A stretch of 64,000 nt of DNA from Lama glama. Taxonomy: Eukaryota. Shown piece after piece: positions 40,964 to 55,170 of the stretch; positions within the stretch are counted from its first letter, which is position 1; every line of letters starts with the position of its first letter. Below the pieces are notes generated by a model. That model searched no databases and was not told the DNA's origin. It saw only the letters and a list, made by a program, of their open reading frames with translations. The DNA is taken from the NCBI GenBank assembly GCA_028534125.1, contig CM052816.1:52206001-52270000 (forward strand). The letters run 5' to 3'. The translations under genes were made by a program, and so were the position numbers.

Positions 40964-41042
40964 ATATCCAGGTGTTCCTTCTGATGTCCAGGAGGAGAAA
41001 GGCATTAAGTACAAATTTGAAGTATATGAAAAGAACAATTAA
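40964..41042 (+). CDS. DHFR: Dihydrofolate reductase, exon 6 (coding part to stop)
   Basis: ttacag|ATATCCA... encodes [25 protein letters not shown] then TAA at 41040-41042. Exon sum 86+50+106+127+116+79=564 nt = 187 aa plus stop. Confidence 0.97.
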
Positions 41043-41859
41043 AAATGTTTTTTGATCTATTTCAAGTTCCCCCTTCCCCCCAAAATACATATTTTTTTCT
41101 TGTAAACACTTGTTGACTTTAGATCTGTGGATAATTATTTCTAAGCAGTATGCTTTTATTCCCCATTAGTCTTAACTAGACTGTGTCAGATACCATTTGT
41201 GAAACATTTCTTGCTAGAACTGTCTGCATGCTCCTCAAGGGCCAGGAATGGGTCACTGGCACCTGCCTAGGGTAGTTATCTATCAAGACAGACAAAAGTG
41301 GGAGAGTCGCCTGGTAGCATGAGATGAAACCAGGGCCTGTAGAGATAGGGGCTAGACATGAGTCCAAAGGTCAGAAATGGATTATAAACAGAACTCGGGT
41401 ATTAAAATTAGATCAGAAGAGGGACTGTGAATTACTCCATGTATATCAACTTCTGAAAAAGGTTCTGTTCACTTAGATATAGAATCAGTAAGTAGAGAAC
41501 TCCAGGATATTCCATAGGAATAGTAAAGGGGCAGATACAAGACTAGCTTTTTGATGGTTAAAAGAGAAGATCTAAGAGCTTTAAAAACTGTTTCTGATCT
41601 TCCAGTGAGATTCCAGGTGTTAAAATGATAGAACAAGATTGGGTGCTCTATACAAAAAACAAAAAACAAACAAACAAACAAAAAAACCCAGAGTCATCTA
41701 ATATCAAGCATAATGGCTAAAGTTGAAAATCCAAATAGGTAATGAATTGAGAGTGAATATTGCTAGAAACCAAAATTAGTGAGTTTGAAACTAAACTTCA
41801 CAGAATTAAAAGGGATTTGGATTACTGGATTATTTGCATAATTAAATATCAAAAAATAG

Positions 41860-42815
41860 CATTTTCTGCCTTATAAATTGGTACAACCTTTTTAGAGTAT
41901 AAGTTAGTAATATCAATTAAAATTCAGAATATTCTAGGTTTGGACCCAGAACTCCCACTTCTAGAAATTAATCCTGATCAAAGAGATGACCCAAGAGTAT
42001 TTGTTGCAATATTTTTTTTTAAACTTAGGAACAGCCCAAATGTTGATTAAGAGATAAGTAACCACTATGTCTATAAAATGCAGTATCTGTAGCAGTTAAA
42101 AAGAATGAAGTACTGACAGAAAAAAATGGCAAAGATTGTTAAGTGAAAGAAGTAAATTGGGTATACTAAAAAATTTTAATAAATGTTAATGTGTGGAGAA
42201 AAGCATGCTGCAAACTGCTGACATATCCGAGTTGGAAGTGTTATTTTCTGCTTTAGGTATGTCGGTTGTGATTAGATTTTTTTGAGGCGTGCTTATTTTC
42301 ATGAAAAATTACTTAAGATAATAAATTGAACTCTTAATGTTTGGCAGTAAAATTAGGATACAGAACATTGAGAATAAAATCTATAGAGGAGGGGAAAAAA
42401 ATCACAAAGAATACGAATTAATACTGAATAAACTTACAGACCACAAGAAAACTGGTGCTCTCTGCAAGGAACATAACCAGAAAACTATTAGCATCCAGAA
42501 TTTATAGATCTCAGATACCGGTAAGTAAAAGAAGCAAGCCATTTAGAGAAGAGGAAATTCAAATGGCCAAAAATATATGCAAGGATGTATGTTCCAACAG
42601 TAATTAAGGAAATGCAAACTAAAACTACAGTGAGGACTATCCACACACATTAGATGTGGCATTTTTGCCAGTACTTTACGTCAGACTATTAAAATGTTGG
42701 CAGTATTAAGGATGAAGATTCACATACCCTTTAACCCAGCAGTTTCACTCATGGATCGATACCAAGAGAAAACCTCTTTTATATATATATATATGTGTGT
42801 ATGTATGTGTGTGTG

Positions 42816-42851
<36 letters not shown>

Positions 42852-42930
42852 TTTGTAGAAGAATGTTGCAACCTTGTTTGTAATAGTGGAAAACAAAACA
42901 ACCTGCAAATCCTGTGACAAGAAAATGAGT
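41860..42930 (+). mobile_element. Old L1M fragments downstream of the DHFR stop codon
   Basis: aaattggtacaacctttttagag...gacccagaactcccacttctagaaatt and agaagaggaaattcaaatggccaaaaatatatg...aaggaaatgcaaactaaaactacagtgag. Confidence 0.7.
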
Positions 42931-44046
42931 ACATTACTGTCTTACATTAGGTTTCCCCCAAAGCAGATCCTGAGACTAGAATTTGAGTGAAAGCAGTTGA
43001 TTTGGCGGGTGATACCAGAAAGCACCAGTTGTATGTGAAAAAGTAAAACCAGGAAGATAAAGCCAGTTCAAGGTCAGTGAGCAGGTTCCCACTGGCTAAC
43101 AAACTCAGTACTGCTCAGATATCTGGGAAACGGGGGGGAAGAAAGCTGGAGTATTTGCCCCCAACTCATCATTGCTTAGGGGTTTTTCCCAGGGTTGTCA
43201 ATTCCCTGCCCTGCACAGGGACTGAACACACTCCAGCAGCTGGATAGAGCCCCAGGAGTTTGCATTAAGGCTGCTGGCAAGCATAGGAACAGCGAATGCT
43301 AAACACTTAGAGCAATTCCTTCTGTTTATGATTATGTATGTAAGATTGTCATACTTTTTGATGTAGTAAAAAGCCATATGTAGTTTGAAGTGTTTTACAG
43401 TTTTAAAAGTTACGAAGCAGGAAGACCAAATGGAAGTTCAGATGAGGAATGATGGTAATTCAGACAGGATTTTCTGGTGGAGTTTGATTTTGGCTATAGA
43501 CCCACTGAATTTGACATGACTTGAAGGAAGAAGGAAAGGAGAGAGAATAAAAGAAAAAGAAACTGAAATAATAGAACCATGGCTTCTAAATTCTGAGAAA
43601 TTATTTTCAACTGATAAATCTATACTCAGCCAAATAATCAGTCAGGCTTGATGATAAAATAAAGACATTTTTAGGCAAAGTGTTACTTCTATGTACCATT
43701 TCTTGGAAAACTACTGGAGGAAATGCTTCAGCAAAATGAAGGAATAATAAACCAAGAAAGAAGGTGGATGGCACAGCATCCAGGAAATGGGATCCAACAC
43801 AAACAATATTCTAGCTAAACAGCTGACTGAGAAAATAATCAAAATATGAATTGGTTGTTGACACTGGGGCATTTGGAAAGAGGTAAGTTTATTGAAGATA
43901 AAGCAAATTTTTTTTAAAAGGTGGGTGGGTTAGGCAATCATTAATTTCAGAAAAAAGGGAAAAAGTAGACGTGTAATATGCTATTTTTCTCAACAATGAG
44001 GAATATGTACATAAAGTCATAAAGATGTGACTACTCAGCCTCTTCG

Positions 44047-44390
44047 TACAGTCTACATATTTACATCTCCCCAAAATTCATGTTGATAACCTAACTTCCA
44101 TGATGATGGTAATAGGAGGTGGGGGCCACTGGTAGGTGATTAAGGCAAGAGAACTGAGCCCTTATAAATGGGATTAGTGTCCTTATAAAAGAGGCCCTAG
44201 AGATTCCTCACCCTTCCTCCATACAAGGTTATGGTGAGAAGACAGCTGTCAGAGGAAGCAGGCCCTCACCAGACACTGAATCTGCTGCTGATCTGCCATG
44301 GTCTTGGACTTCCCATCCAGAACTGTGAGAAATGTGTGTTCATGGGCCACCCAGTTTATGGTGTTCTAGCGACCCCAATGGACGAAGGCA
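44047..44390 (+). mobile_element. MaLR LTR (MLT1A/MST-like)
   Basis: ccccaaaattcatgttga...gggattagtgtccttataaaagaggcc...ccctcaccagacactgaatctgctg...ccagaactgtgagaaat. Confidence 0.8.
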
Positions 44391-46067
44391 CCCCTCAATC
44401 TGTTAACTTTGGTGACAGTATGGGAGGAAAAGTAGGGATGGTGATATAAGAGCTAAATCTTCATCTATCACATGAGAAAATCACTAGATAATGTGTAAAG
44501 TAGCAAAGCAAGAAATGACAATTATTTGAGAAAAGAAACTGCTAAAAGTTTAAACATTTCTCTGGAGAGTTGGGAAGGGCGGGGCAGGAGACAGCTAGGT
44601 TTTTTATAAGCTTTAAGAATCTAAAGAAAAACACGTATCAATACATGTATTCACTTGAAAAACTACAAAATAATATAATTGAGAAATTTTTTAAAAAACA
44701 TGAAAGTAACTACCAGCAGGAAAAGCTTAAGAGAATGGAAAACACTTTCCTCTGAAAAAGACAATTGAGATTTAGGAGAGACAGCAGGGGACTGTTCTTT
44801 TCACTCAGACTTTTGGAACCATTGGATTTTATTTAACCATTTACATGTATTTATTTAATAAAAATAATCCTTTCTTAATAAGAAGTTACACTAATTCATA
44901 AGTGCTGCCTTCCTGTTACTCTTTGAACACCACATGAAATTTCAAAGACTCTTACAGCAATTTATCTGCACAATCAACTTAAAAATGTAGAAAGGAAAAC
45001 ATAACTACCCAAGAGTGACACAAAATTCCAAAGGCCAATTGTTAGTAAACCATCCAGCTTTCTCTTTTGCCTGATGTGTTCATCTTTCAAGACTGAGGCT
45101 CAGGTCTCACTTTTTCCAGATTGATTTACAAAACAGAACTATAAAGTCATGATAGTTTGAGGCAAAAATGTAAATAATAAAACATGCACATATGTTTTAA
45201 ATATTCAGGTTAGCACATTTTGTGTTTCTGTGAGATTGAAATCATGGAACATACTCAGCTGTAACAGACACTTTCTCAAAATGTCCTCAGTATACCTGTA
45301 TGAGGGATGGGTTCTAGAATCGGCATTTTAAACAAGCACCCCACAAAACAAGCACTCCAGATGATTCTGAAGCCTACTCAATTTGCAAATCACTGAGTGC
45401 TTTTGCACTCTAAGGAAGGAAAAACTGAAGTTTTATTTCCTATCTCTAGGACTTGTAAGCGAAGCGAAACAGAAAAACAAGTAAATTATAAGTCAACATG
45501 TAGATTGGAGAAGGTGAAAGTATACAGATTAGAGTTACATACTTCTGATTGAGAATTGAATTTTCATTCTTCAATATGTCATAAAAATACATATAAAAGT
45601 ATTTAATGTCAGTAACCCAAAGAGATACATGGTAAGCAAACTCAATAATAGATGTCCTGGAACAAGATGCTTTTTTAATAGTTAAACTAAAAACTATAAA
45701 GCAAATGGCCTAATTAAGGAACATGACTTTGAGAGGGAAAGACTGGCTGGCCAGCTGCTGAAAGGGTTCAGAAAAATGATCTTTAAAAGATTAAACCTTG
45801 TGATCAAGGATGTTCCAATTGGGAGAAAAAAAGAAGTAACATAATTAAATGAGTACCAGAACTAGAATTTGAGGCTCTAATGAAAAGACACTGCTCACGA
45901 AGGGGATGGGACCTCTGGCCAAACAAAGGAAAGGAGCCCTACAGTCTACATGAAATTGTACTCCTGTGACAAAGGTAAAATTGCATTAGTGCCCTTCTAA
46001 TTATCTGCTCCTACCTTTTCTGTTCTCCAGGAGACCTCATGTGGACCAGGCAGTTTTCCTGTCAGTA

Positions 46068-46873
46068 CAGTGGTTCCCCCCTTATCCATGCTGGATACGT
46101 TCCAAGATCCCTAGTGGATGCCTGAAACCACAGATGGTACCAAGCCCTGTGTATACTGCTTTTTCTATACCTACATATCTATGATAAAAGTTATAAATTA
46201 GGCCCAGTAAGAGAGTAACAACAACAATAATAAAATAGAACAACTGTAACAACATATTGTAAAAAAGAAAAGCTACATGGATGCGGTCTCTCTCAAAATT
46301 TATTGTGCATGTTTAGTCCCTTTTCTATCTTAACTAAGCACGTAACACGCACTCTGTCCATAAATTTTAGTTTGAGGTGCGACAGCAAAACTAGCATGAT
46401 TTTCTTTCTCCTTCCTCACAATTTCATGGATAGAAACAGAATGTTAGCAACCTCAGCATACAGGTTTTTTTTTTTTTTCTTTCATTATCAAGTCGAGCTC
46501 TTCCACCGTCTCACTTAAAGGGGGCACTTTATGGCTTCTTGTCATATCTTAATGGCAGCACCAGTACTCTTGCGATTGGGGCTGTTATTAAGTGAAATAA
46601 GGGTCACTAGAACTCAAGCCCTGCAATACCTGAACAGTTGATCTGGTAACTGAGTCAGTTACAAAGTGACTAATGGGCAGGACAAAGGGATGAGTCACTG
46701 CTTGGGAGGGACAGAGCGAGCAGTGTGAGAGTTCATCACCCTACTCAGAACAGTGTGAGGTTTAAAATTTGAATTGCTTACTTCTGGAATTTTCCATTTA
46801 ATATTTTCAGACTGGTCGATCTTGGGTAAATAAAACTGCAGAAATAGAAACCTTGGATAAGGGGGCACTGCTG
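46068..46873 (-). mobile_element. MER44/Tigger7-like Tc1-mariner DNA transposon derivative
   Basis: Terminal inverted repeats cagtggttcccccccttatcc and ggataagggggcactgctg, each flanked by TA (46066-46067 and 46874-46875). Confidence 0.8.
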
Positions 46874-46895
46874 TACATTGACATTTTTGTTAAAC

Positions 46896-47395
46896 NNNNN
46901 NNNNNNNNNNNNNNNNNNNNNNNNNNNNNNNNNNNNNNNNNNNNNNNNNNNNNNNNNNNNNNNNNNNNNNNNNNNNNNNNNNNNNNNNNNNNNNNNNNNN
47001 NNNNNNNNNNNNNNNNNNNNNNNNNNNNNNNNNNNNNNNNNNNNNNNNNNNNNNNNNNNNNNNNNNNNNNNNNNNNNNNNNNNNNNNNNNNNNNNNNNNN
47101 NNNNNNNNNNNNNNNNNNNNNNNNNNNNNNNNNNNNNNNNNNNNNNNNNNNNNNNNNNNNNNNNNNNNNNNNNNNNNNNNNNNNNNNNNNNNNNNNNNNN
47201 NNNNNNNNNNNNNNNNNNNNNNNNNNNNNNNNNNNNNNNNNNNNNNNNNNNNNNNNNNNNNNNNNNNNNNNNNNNNNNNNNNNNNNNNNNNNNNNNNNNN
47301 NNNNNNNNNNNNNNNNNNNNNNNNNNNNNNNNNNNNNNNNNNNNNNNNNNNNNNNNNNNNNNNNNNNNNNNNNNNNNNNNNNNNNNNNNNNNNNN
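46896..47395. other. Assembly gap (500 N)
   Basis: Run of exactly 500 N, probably a fixed-size scaffolding placeholder. Confidence 0.99.
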
Positions 47396-49934
47396 GTGGC
47401 CTCACCAGTTACCAGGGACTAATTAAGCCCTATAATTAAGAAGACTGGATAGTTGTGAGTGAAGCAGGGCCTGGCTGAGTAGGGAGAATGAGAGAACAGC
47501 CTTCTTGAATGGCCTAACCATACACCAGACTCCAAATGCCAGGACAAGGCCTTTCTAAGGGAGGGTAGGTGTTTTCAGGCGCCACCTCCATCAAGTGCCA
47601 AGTACCTGCTCCACCTTGCTGTGCCTCTCAATCTGCTCTTCACTTAGTCTTAGCCAAAAGGCTGAGCAATGATTCTCAGTTTGTTTTTTTTCATAACAGT
47701 ATCTAGTTCAGGTCTTTATTTTCTCTCACTTGGACTGCTGGAGGAACCTAAACTAGTGGGTTTCCACGTCTGATCTCCCTCGCCGACAATCCGTCATAAA
47801 TACAGCAGCCAAGACAAACTCTCTGAGCTGCGCCTCTGATTATGTTGCTGCCTCACCTGAAGCTCACCCATCTACAGCCAAACACCACCTGGCCTTCAGG
47901 GTCCTCTACAAATGGCACTGATTATCCTCTCCAGACTTACCTACCATTTCCACTCCCCACATGTTAAATACAAACTACGCTCAGCTCCTCACAGATCCCC
48001 CAAAAGATCTAAGCTTTGCCACACACGTGCCCTTGCTTATGCAGTTCTCTCAGCCCATAATTCCTCCCTCCCCATTTCCTCCAGTCTAAACCATACCTGG
48101 TTCTCAGGGTCCTGTCCAAATCCGAAATGTTACCTCTTTCGTGAAGCCTTCCTTCTGAAGCACCCGGCACTACCTAGGCTCTGCTACAGCCCTTAAATAT
48201 GGCTTGCCTCCCAGCTGTTGGTTATTCTCATCTCCTCTCCTTTATTAGTAGGAATGTTTTCAGCTGCAAGTACCCGAAAATCCAATTGACAGTAGCTTAA
48301 AAAAAATTGGGATTTGCTGACTCAAAACAGTTTGGTTTTTCACTCAAGATTGCAAAATGGCTTCCGCTGTGGAAATCAAGTCCATGTTCACAGCAGGAAG
48401 AAGAGAGAAAGGGAGCAATGTCAGGCACACATTTCCCTTTCATCAGGAAAGCAAAACTTGTCCCAAGTCCTAACATGGGAGTCTAATTCTAATAAGTGCA
48501 CATCAGAACTTAGGATCACTGGCTTAAAACTAATCTTGATCTGTCAACTGGGGCTAGTATATTGTCCCCACCCAACAAAATCAGAGGTCTCTTGGGAAGT
48601 AAGAAAGGAGAATGGATATGAGACTACAATTAACAGTGCTTGTTACATCAACTGCCTGAATGCCAGATATTTCAACACAGAAACTACATCTTATTCACCT
48701 TTGTCTGCCCTCAAGATGTCTAGCATTACAAAATATTGATTGATGGACTGATGGATGGATGAGCAGAATCTATCCCTAGGGAGGACTCCAACTAGATGGA
48801 GTATAGCAAAGATCATTACAATGCAAGTCACCAGGTACAGAACTCCAAACACTTCTACCCACAGCATCTCGGTATCAGAGTCACCAAGGAAAACACAACA
48901 CAGTCAAGCACTGGATGGAACATTTTACTCACATAGAGAATAAAGAGAGCAAGAGCAGCTTCAATGGTCCCCCATGGCTAGCAGGTGCCCCGACAGCCAA
49001 CGCACGTCAAACAGCCTACACACAACCCTCACTGAGGTCATTAGTGCCCACATTGAGCCTGAAATGGTGGTAAACAGAATCCTACACATGGTGATAAACT
49101 GAGCACAAGCTATGGGGCTTTTTATCTCTGGGAAAGGAGGTGTTCAAGGTCCACACTTAATGTGCCCAAGAGGGGATCAAAATATGTGCCCTACAGCCAT
49201 TTGGGCTGAGGCGCATATGAGACATACATAGATAGACAGATAGATAGATAGATAGATAGACAGACAAACAACAAAATAAGTTAAACAGAATTTTGTATAT
49301 CATCTTTGAAAACTCATAACCTGTATAACATTTTTTAGGAAAATGGACTTCAACTTTTAAACAATTTGCAAATGAGCTATTTTCAAAAGAAAAAAAGTCG
49401 AAAACAACCAACACGGACGGCTCTTCTAGTGAGTGTTCTTTAGTTGGTTTTATTCCATGGGATCTGAATAGAAAACCATGCTAATTTCTCTCTTGTTCAC
49501 TGTATGTCTGGTGGCTGTGTGTGAAAACCTAAGTAGGCAAAACACCTAGAGAGGAAACAACTAGCCACCCATGGCCCCCAACCACCCTGCATTATTGTCC
49601 TCCCTGGTTACCAGTGACCCCACTTTCCACAGCTGATAAAAAAATTTCTAGACCATGAAGGCTCATAACATAACAACACAGTGCTTAGCGGGTAGAGGAG
49701 ACTGCAATCTAGAACTGAAATTGTATATTTAATTTCTATCATGTATTCAATCTCATTATAATAAATTCTATGTGGCATCCACATTTGGGGTTGATTTGGT
49801 ATTTCAATATATTAGCCACATTGCTCTAAATTACATTCCCAATCAACAGATTAAAACAAAATTGAAGTGCACTTTCCCTGCAGTACATTAAAAGTGAAGT
49901 CAATGCTGTTCACTCACTGTTGAGTAAGAACTCA

Positions 49935-50300
49935 CTGCCTTAGCAGATAAACCACTAATCACAATGACTTGATACAATGGAATTTTCTTACACGGATAAA
50001 GTCCAACACAGGTGTTTCTGATCAGCAGGCAGCTCTCCAGGTGGTAGTCCAGGGATCCAGACTCATTCCATCTTCTGGCTTCCGTCTTCAAATAGAGATT
50101 TCCAAGGAAAGAGCGTGGAGAATCATATGTGGGAGATCTGTTAGGGAGGGCAGGCTGGGAATTGGTACAGAGGACTTTCTTCCACATTCCACTGGCCAAA
50201 ATTTTGACATATAACCACACCCAACTGTAGGGAGGCTAGGAAATGTAGTCTAGCTAGGGACCAGGGGAAAAAGGAAACAGATTTGATGAACAACTAACTC
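49935..50300 (-). mobile_element. MaLR (MLT1-like) LTR fragment
   Basis: ccagggatccagactcattccatct...cacattccactggccaaaa...aactgtagggaggctaggaaatgtagtct. Confidence 0.6.
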
Positions 50301-51184
50301 CCTGGGTTCTTCAGCTCGCAGAGGGAAGGAGATAGATACCAGGCTTACAACTTGACTTCTGCTTCCCCCATTTTTCTATTCTTGAATCTTTGTTCTGCGA
50401 TTAAGAAATTTGGGTGAATAGCTTGGAATTGCATCTCGCTTCCAGTAAGGGTCCTTGAGGTTTTTGAAACTAGAGGACTAGAAAGAGTTAATGTTAACTG
50501 TTTTTTAATGGTTGTGAGAAATATAAGCAGAGTTCAGATCTTCTTAGGAAACAACTCCACATTTTAGGAAAGTAACTCATTCATGGACATAGACTAGATC
50601 TCTCTTGGAAAGAATGGAAAGAGCGATACCATTGTTTGCACATGGAAATAATTCTGTCATTTAGTCTTTTTTTTTTAACAGTATACATTGGGCTTGGATT
50701 TTAGTCCTATATATTACCTGTATTCTCATTGCCTATGTCTTTATATTTGGTAAAAAGTGTTCTTCTGTTGTGGGATATATTCTTGTTTGGCTTTTCCATC
50801 TAGGCTAAAAAGGCTGTCCTTCCTCAACAGGCCATTAGTAACATAGACTTCTCCACATTCTGTCCTCAAAACTTACTCCTGGAAGGCCTTTGTTTCAGGT
50901 GGTGAGTGGGAAGTGGGTCTGAACCCTGTGGGTCGCATTTGGTGACTGCTCTCTGCTGGTCCTCTCACCCCTGAGTTCTCCTGTGTGCAACCCCAGGCAG
51001 CCTGACGACCCAAACATCCTTCTCACTTCCCTCCTCTATAGCACTTTGTGACATTTGACTTGAAATTAAGAATGTTGTCAATTGCCTTAATACAAACTCA
51101 GAGGGGCCCAGAGCAGGTTCATTCAAATTGAATGGTTCTGAATTTCCATGTTATTACTCAGATACATAAATGTGATTGAATTGG

Positions 51185-51603
51185 TCAGAGTTTTCCATAG
51201 AATCAGAAATACATAGACAGATAGATAGACAGATAGGTAGATAGATAGATACATACATACATACATAGATTTATTTTAAGGAATTGACTCATGCATTTGG
51301 GAGGGCTGAGCAGTCCAAAGTCTGCAGAACAGGCCAGCAGGCTGGAAATTCACCCAGAAGTTGACGTTGCAATCTTGAGACAGAATTTGTTCTCTAAAAA
51401 AACTGCTTTTGCTCTTAAGGCCTTCAACTGATTAGATTTGGCCTAACCATATTGTTAAGGGTAATCTCCTTTACTTAAGGTTTACTAATGGTAAATGTTA
51501 ACTATGCCTGCAAAATACCTTTATAGCAATACCTAGATTCATGTTTGATTAAATCACCAAATACTATGGCCTGGCCAAGTTAACAAAAGAAAACTAACCA
51601 TCA
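51185..51603 (-). mobile_element. MLT2-like ERVL LTR with GATA/CATA microsatellite
   Basis: gatttattttaaggaattgactcatg...cttaaggccttcaactgatt...ggccaagttaaca...aactaaccatcac. Confidence 0.75.
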
Positions 51604-53689
51604 CGGTAATCAAAGCAATCAAAAATGTGATTGTGCTTTATGCCTCCCTGGAGTTATTTCCTTTTCACATCAGAAAGCTTTTTGGAAAAAAAAGGCAATA
51701 CTCTCTTAAGCACTAATGTCACACTTGTTGGTCTATCAGGATGTTTTTTCTTAAAGATTTTGTGGTTCGATCTTAATGGAATGTCAAGCAGACTGGAGGG
51801 TTTTGATTTATGATTAGGTCTTAATTATCACATCCTCCATAGTTCAGCGATGTTTCAAGCTTAGATTAAAAATAAAAAGTGACCTCTAACTTCAGATTGT
51901 CTCCCCTCTGCACCTGAAAATCCAGCTCCAACAGACCATCTCTCTTCGGCTTTTTAACAGTGACTCCAGGTATCTGCAGCTTCAAAAAGCATTCCTTTGG
52001 AAAATCAAATCTGAAAATATTCAAAGTGCTGGCCTTCAGCTCTGCAAACTTTTGACAATAATGTACATTGAATGCAATTTGTCAAAATCTGTTTCTTTTC
52101 AAAGCCTGTGGCTTAAGAATGATTTCTGGAAAATGTTGATTATAAGATAAGCTCTTTTCAGTCAGTTTCAAAAGACGACCCCCAGGGAGGTAATCGTTAA
52201 GCAGAGGCATATTTTCAGAGAAACAAAGAGGTGAGCAAACGCCTCTGGGCCTGCATTGCCGCTGCCCAGAGTCCTGAGCCTGCCCATTCAGGGCTTGAAA
52301 AGCAGTGCTGGGCCCCCACCAGGAGCTGTGTTCCTGCTGCCCCCACAGACAGGTGTGTGGGGTGCGATCGAGGGAGCTTCAGCGTTTTGTATTTTAACTT
52401 TTCAACACAAATTCTAAAGCTGGGGAAGAGGGCAGGAAAACAGCCAGGCTTCCACATGAGCCAGCCTTCAGATCTGTCCTTGAGTCACTCAGTTAAGTGG
52501 AACCGGTAATTGTCTCGTTGGAGAACCTGCAGAAACAGCTTGTGGGAAAGAACAATTTGTACCTGAAATATATTCATTAGCTTGTGTGTCAAAAGGCCAC
52601 ACGTGGATAGAAACCATGATCTTGGCATTCTTTGCTCTCTTGAGACTTCAAGTGCAGAAGCCCACATGCCCAGGTGGCCACCTGTCTACCTCCCCTACCC
52701 ACTTGCCTGGCAAGCCAGGCAGCAGGTGGAGGTGATGGGAGGGCCCGGCGGAACTCACGGGGATTTAGGTCCAGAGAAAGCAAAGAAGGCAGACACACTG
52801 TACAAATGAGCACTCCATTAAAGACCTGTTTCTGGTTTCTTGGGACCGCCCCCCACCACTGGCCTAGCTTAAATTGTGAGGGGACTTGGTGTGCCTCACT
52901 GCCTGTTTCCTCCCACTCACACTCACAATTACAGTTCTGTTCATTGTCATTAAATACATTTAACAGGCACCATTTTTGCATGGTCCTCTGCTAAAGTCTG
53001 CACAAAGGCAACGTCCCTAGCCCTGAAATTGTGGAAAGAGCACTGGACTCAGAGAGATAAGGCCTGGGTTTCAATCCTGAGGTCCCTCTGGGAATGTTCA
53101 TTAAAAACCTTAGTTTCAAGGAACATACCGATTGGAAACCCCTCATGTGATTGGGTGGGACAGAGTGCTGACTGTCAAGATACACACAAATTGAAACGGG
53201 ACTATGAAGGAGGGGGTGGGTTGGGTGGGGGTTTGCTGGTTGTCAGTTGTGGCTTCTCTCCTGCTGTGTCTGATTGCCTGTGTGCCCCTTATAACTCCAG
53301 CCTATTACCATCAGAGGCTCTTGCTTGGGATCCTACTACTAAAACTGACTCTTCATTTTCCATGTTTCTTAATTCAAATTCCCCAGCAATAATATAATTG
53401 TTTCAGCTTTTAAAGTCAGGCCTTACAATAGCCCTATAAGGACTGGCTGCTTTGGGACAAGGGCCCTCCCCTGGTCAATCTACTGCCTTGAGCAGCCTAT
53501 TCTCCCCTCCCTCTCTAAAGAGATGTGCCAGCCAGGCATTCTGAGGCTTGGCTTGTCTAAAACACTTAAGCAGGTTATCTAACCTCTCCCAGAGGTTCCT
53601 CCGTTGTAGTAGGATGGTAACACCTGCCCAGCCAACAGAATGATCACTCATGCACTCAAAAATCATTTATCAAACTTCTAGATGAAGCA

Positions 53690-55170
53690 CTTTGATCGAG
53701 TGCTTTCCAGGCGCTGTGCTCAGCAATGGGGATTTAGGAGTGAACAAAACTGATGTATATCTGCCCCCGTGGAGCTGACCATCCAGGATCAACAAGATCG
53801 TATCTGTGAAAACACAGCCCCCACCCTCCCTCCTGCAGCCCCACCGAAGACCCAATGTTAAGATTCTTTCCTTCATTCTTTCGTTCATCAAGGATTTCAT
53901 AAGCACCTATTGTAAGTCATATCAGCACTAGGGATCCAAAGATAAGTAAGACTTGATTTCTGATCTCAAGGAGCTCAGTCTATTTGAGAAATAAGCATGT
54001 AAGCCAACAGGTCCTGGTGCCCAAGCACAAGTAAGCAGGTAGCGGATGAATCAGGGAAAAAGGAACCTCAGCTTGGCTGAGGAAGTCAGAGGAGGCTTCC
54101 CAGAGAAGGGGACACCAGAGCTGAGATTTAAAGGATCAGGAAAAATTTGTCCAGTGCTCAAGCAGTGGCGGGGAGTAGGGACAGGAAGGACTATGCACAT
54201 TCCAAGCAATGAAAATAACATGCAAAACACAGTGGTTATAGAGATTATCAGGAGTTCCAAAAAACAGAAACACTCTAGGACTGCTGGAACCTAAAGTTTC
54301 AGAAATATGGCCAAAAATGAAGCTAGAAAAGTAGTAGAGGCCAAATAATCATGCAGAATGTTGGGTGCCTCGCTGAGTAGTTTGAATTTTATCCTATGCC
54401 CTAGAGGGAGTCATGAAAGAATTTCGAGCGGTGAATCAATCTCAGTAATGAATCTGAGTCACCTCAGATCAACATTTTACAATGAGCATGCTGGGGGACA
54501 GAGCAAGGTTGGATTGGAGAGGGGCAAGAACAGAGGCAGAGATGCAGTAAAGACACCCTCCTAGGAGGGAGGGTATAGCTCAGTGGTAGAGCACGTGCTT
54601 AGCAGGCACAAGGTCTTGGGTTCAATCCCCAGTACCTCCATTAAAAAAATTAAAATAAATAAACCTAATTACCCTCCCCCCACAAGAAAGACACATGCAA
54701 TAGTCTCCAGGAGAGATGATGAGGATGTGATGTGATGAAGGAACAGTGGGTAGGAGAGGAGGTGAGCATCCCCAGAGAGTTTTAAAAGGTAGAATTGGCA
54801 GAACTTGGTGATTGTTTTGAAAGTAGGGAAGAGAAGGGATGAGAGGATGACTCCCAGGCTTCTAGCCTGAGAGTCTAGGGAGGAAAGGGGCACTGAACCC
54901 CAGAGAAGGAATTCAGAAAGGATACAAGCAGAGAGGTGCTAACTCCACTGGGACACGTGGAGTTTGAGGTGCCTCTGGAACATGCAGAGATGTTGAATGA
55001 CTCTGAGCTATTGCTCAACACAGGAGGCTGCGATGGAGGTCTAGATGTGGAGACATCAAAATGTGGAAGCATCCGAGACTATGGGTCAAGAGACGGTACA
55101 GTGTGAGAGTGAGGGTCCCTGGGAGGGACCATGGGTGGACACCTGTCTGCAGGAGTGAGGACAGTGAAGG
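53690..55170 (+). mobile_element. L2 fragments interrupted by a SINE
   Basis: cattctttcgttcatcaag...aagcacctattg...ctcaaggagctcagtcta...gtggagtttgaggtgcct. Confidence 0.7.
54564..54686 (+). mobile_element. tRNA-derived SINE (vic-1-like)
   Basis: ggagggtatagctcagtggtagagc...gggttcaatccccagtacctcc...aaataaacctaattaccctccccc, flanked by aaagacac direct repeats. Confidence 0.85.

Noticed and set aside
46853..47426. Long ORFs of 171-189 aa in the ORF track
   Set aside because: They are artefacts of translating the N gap.
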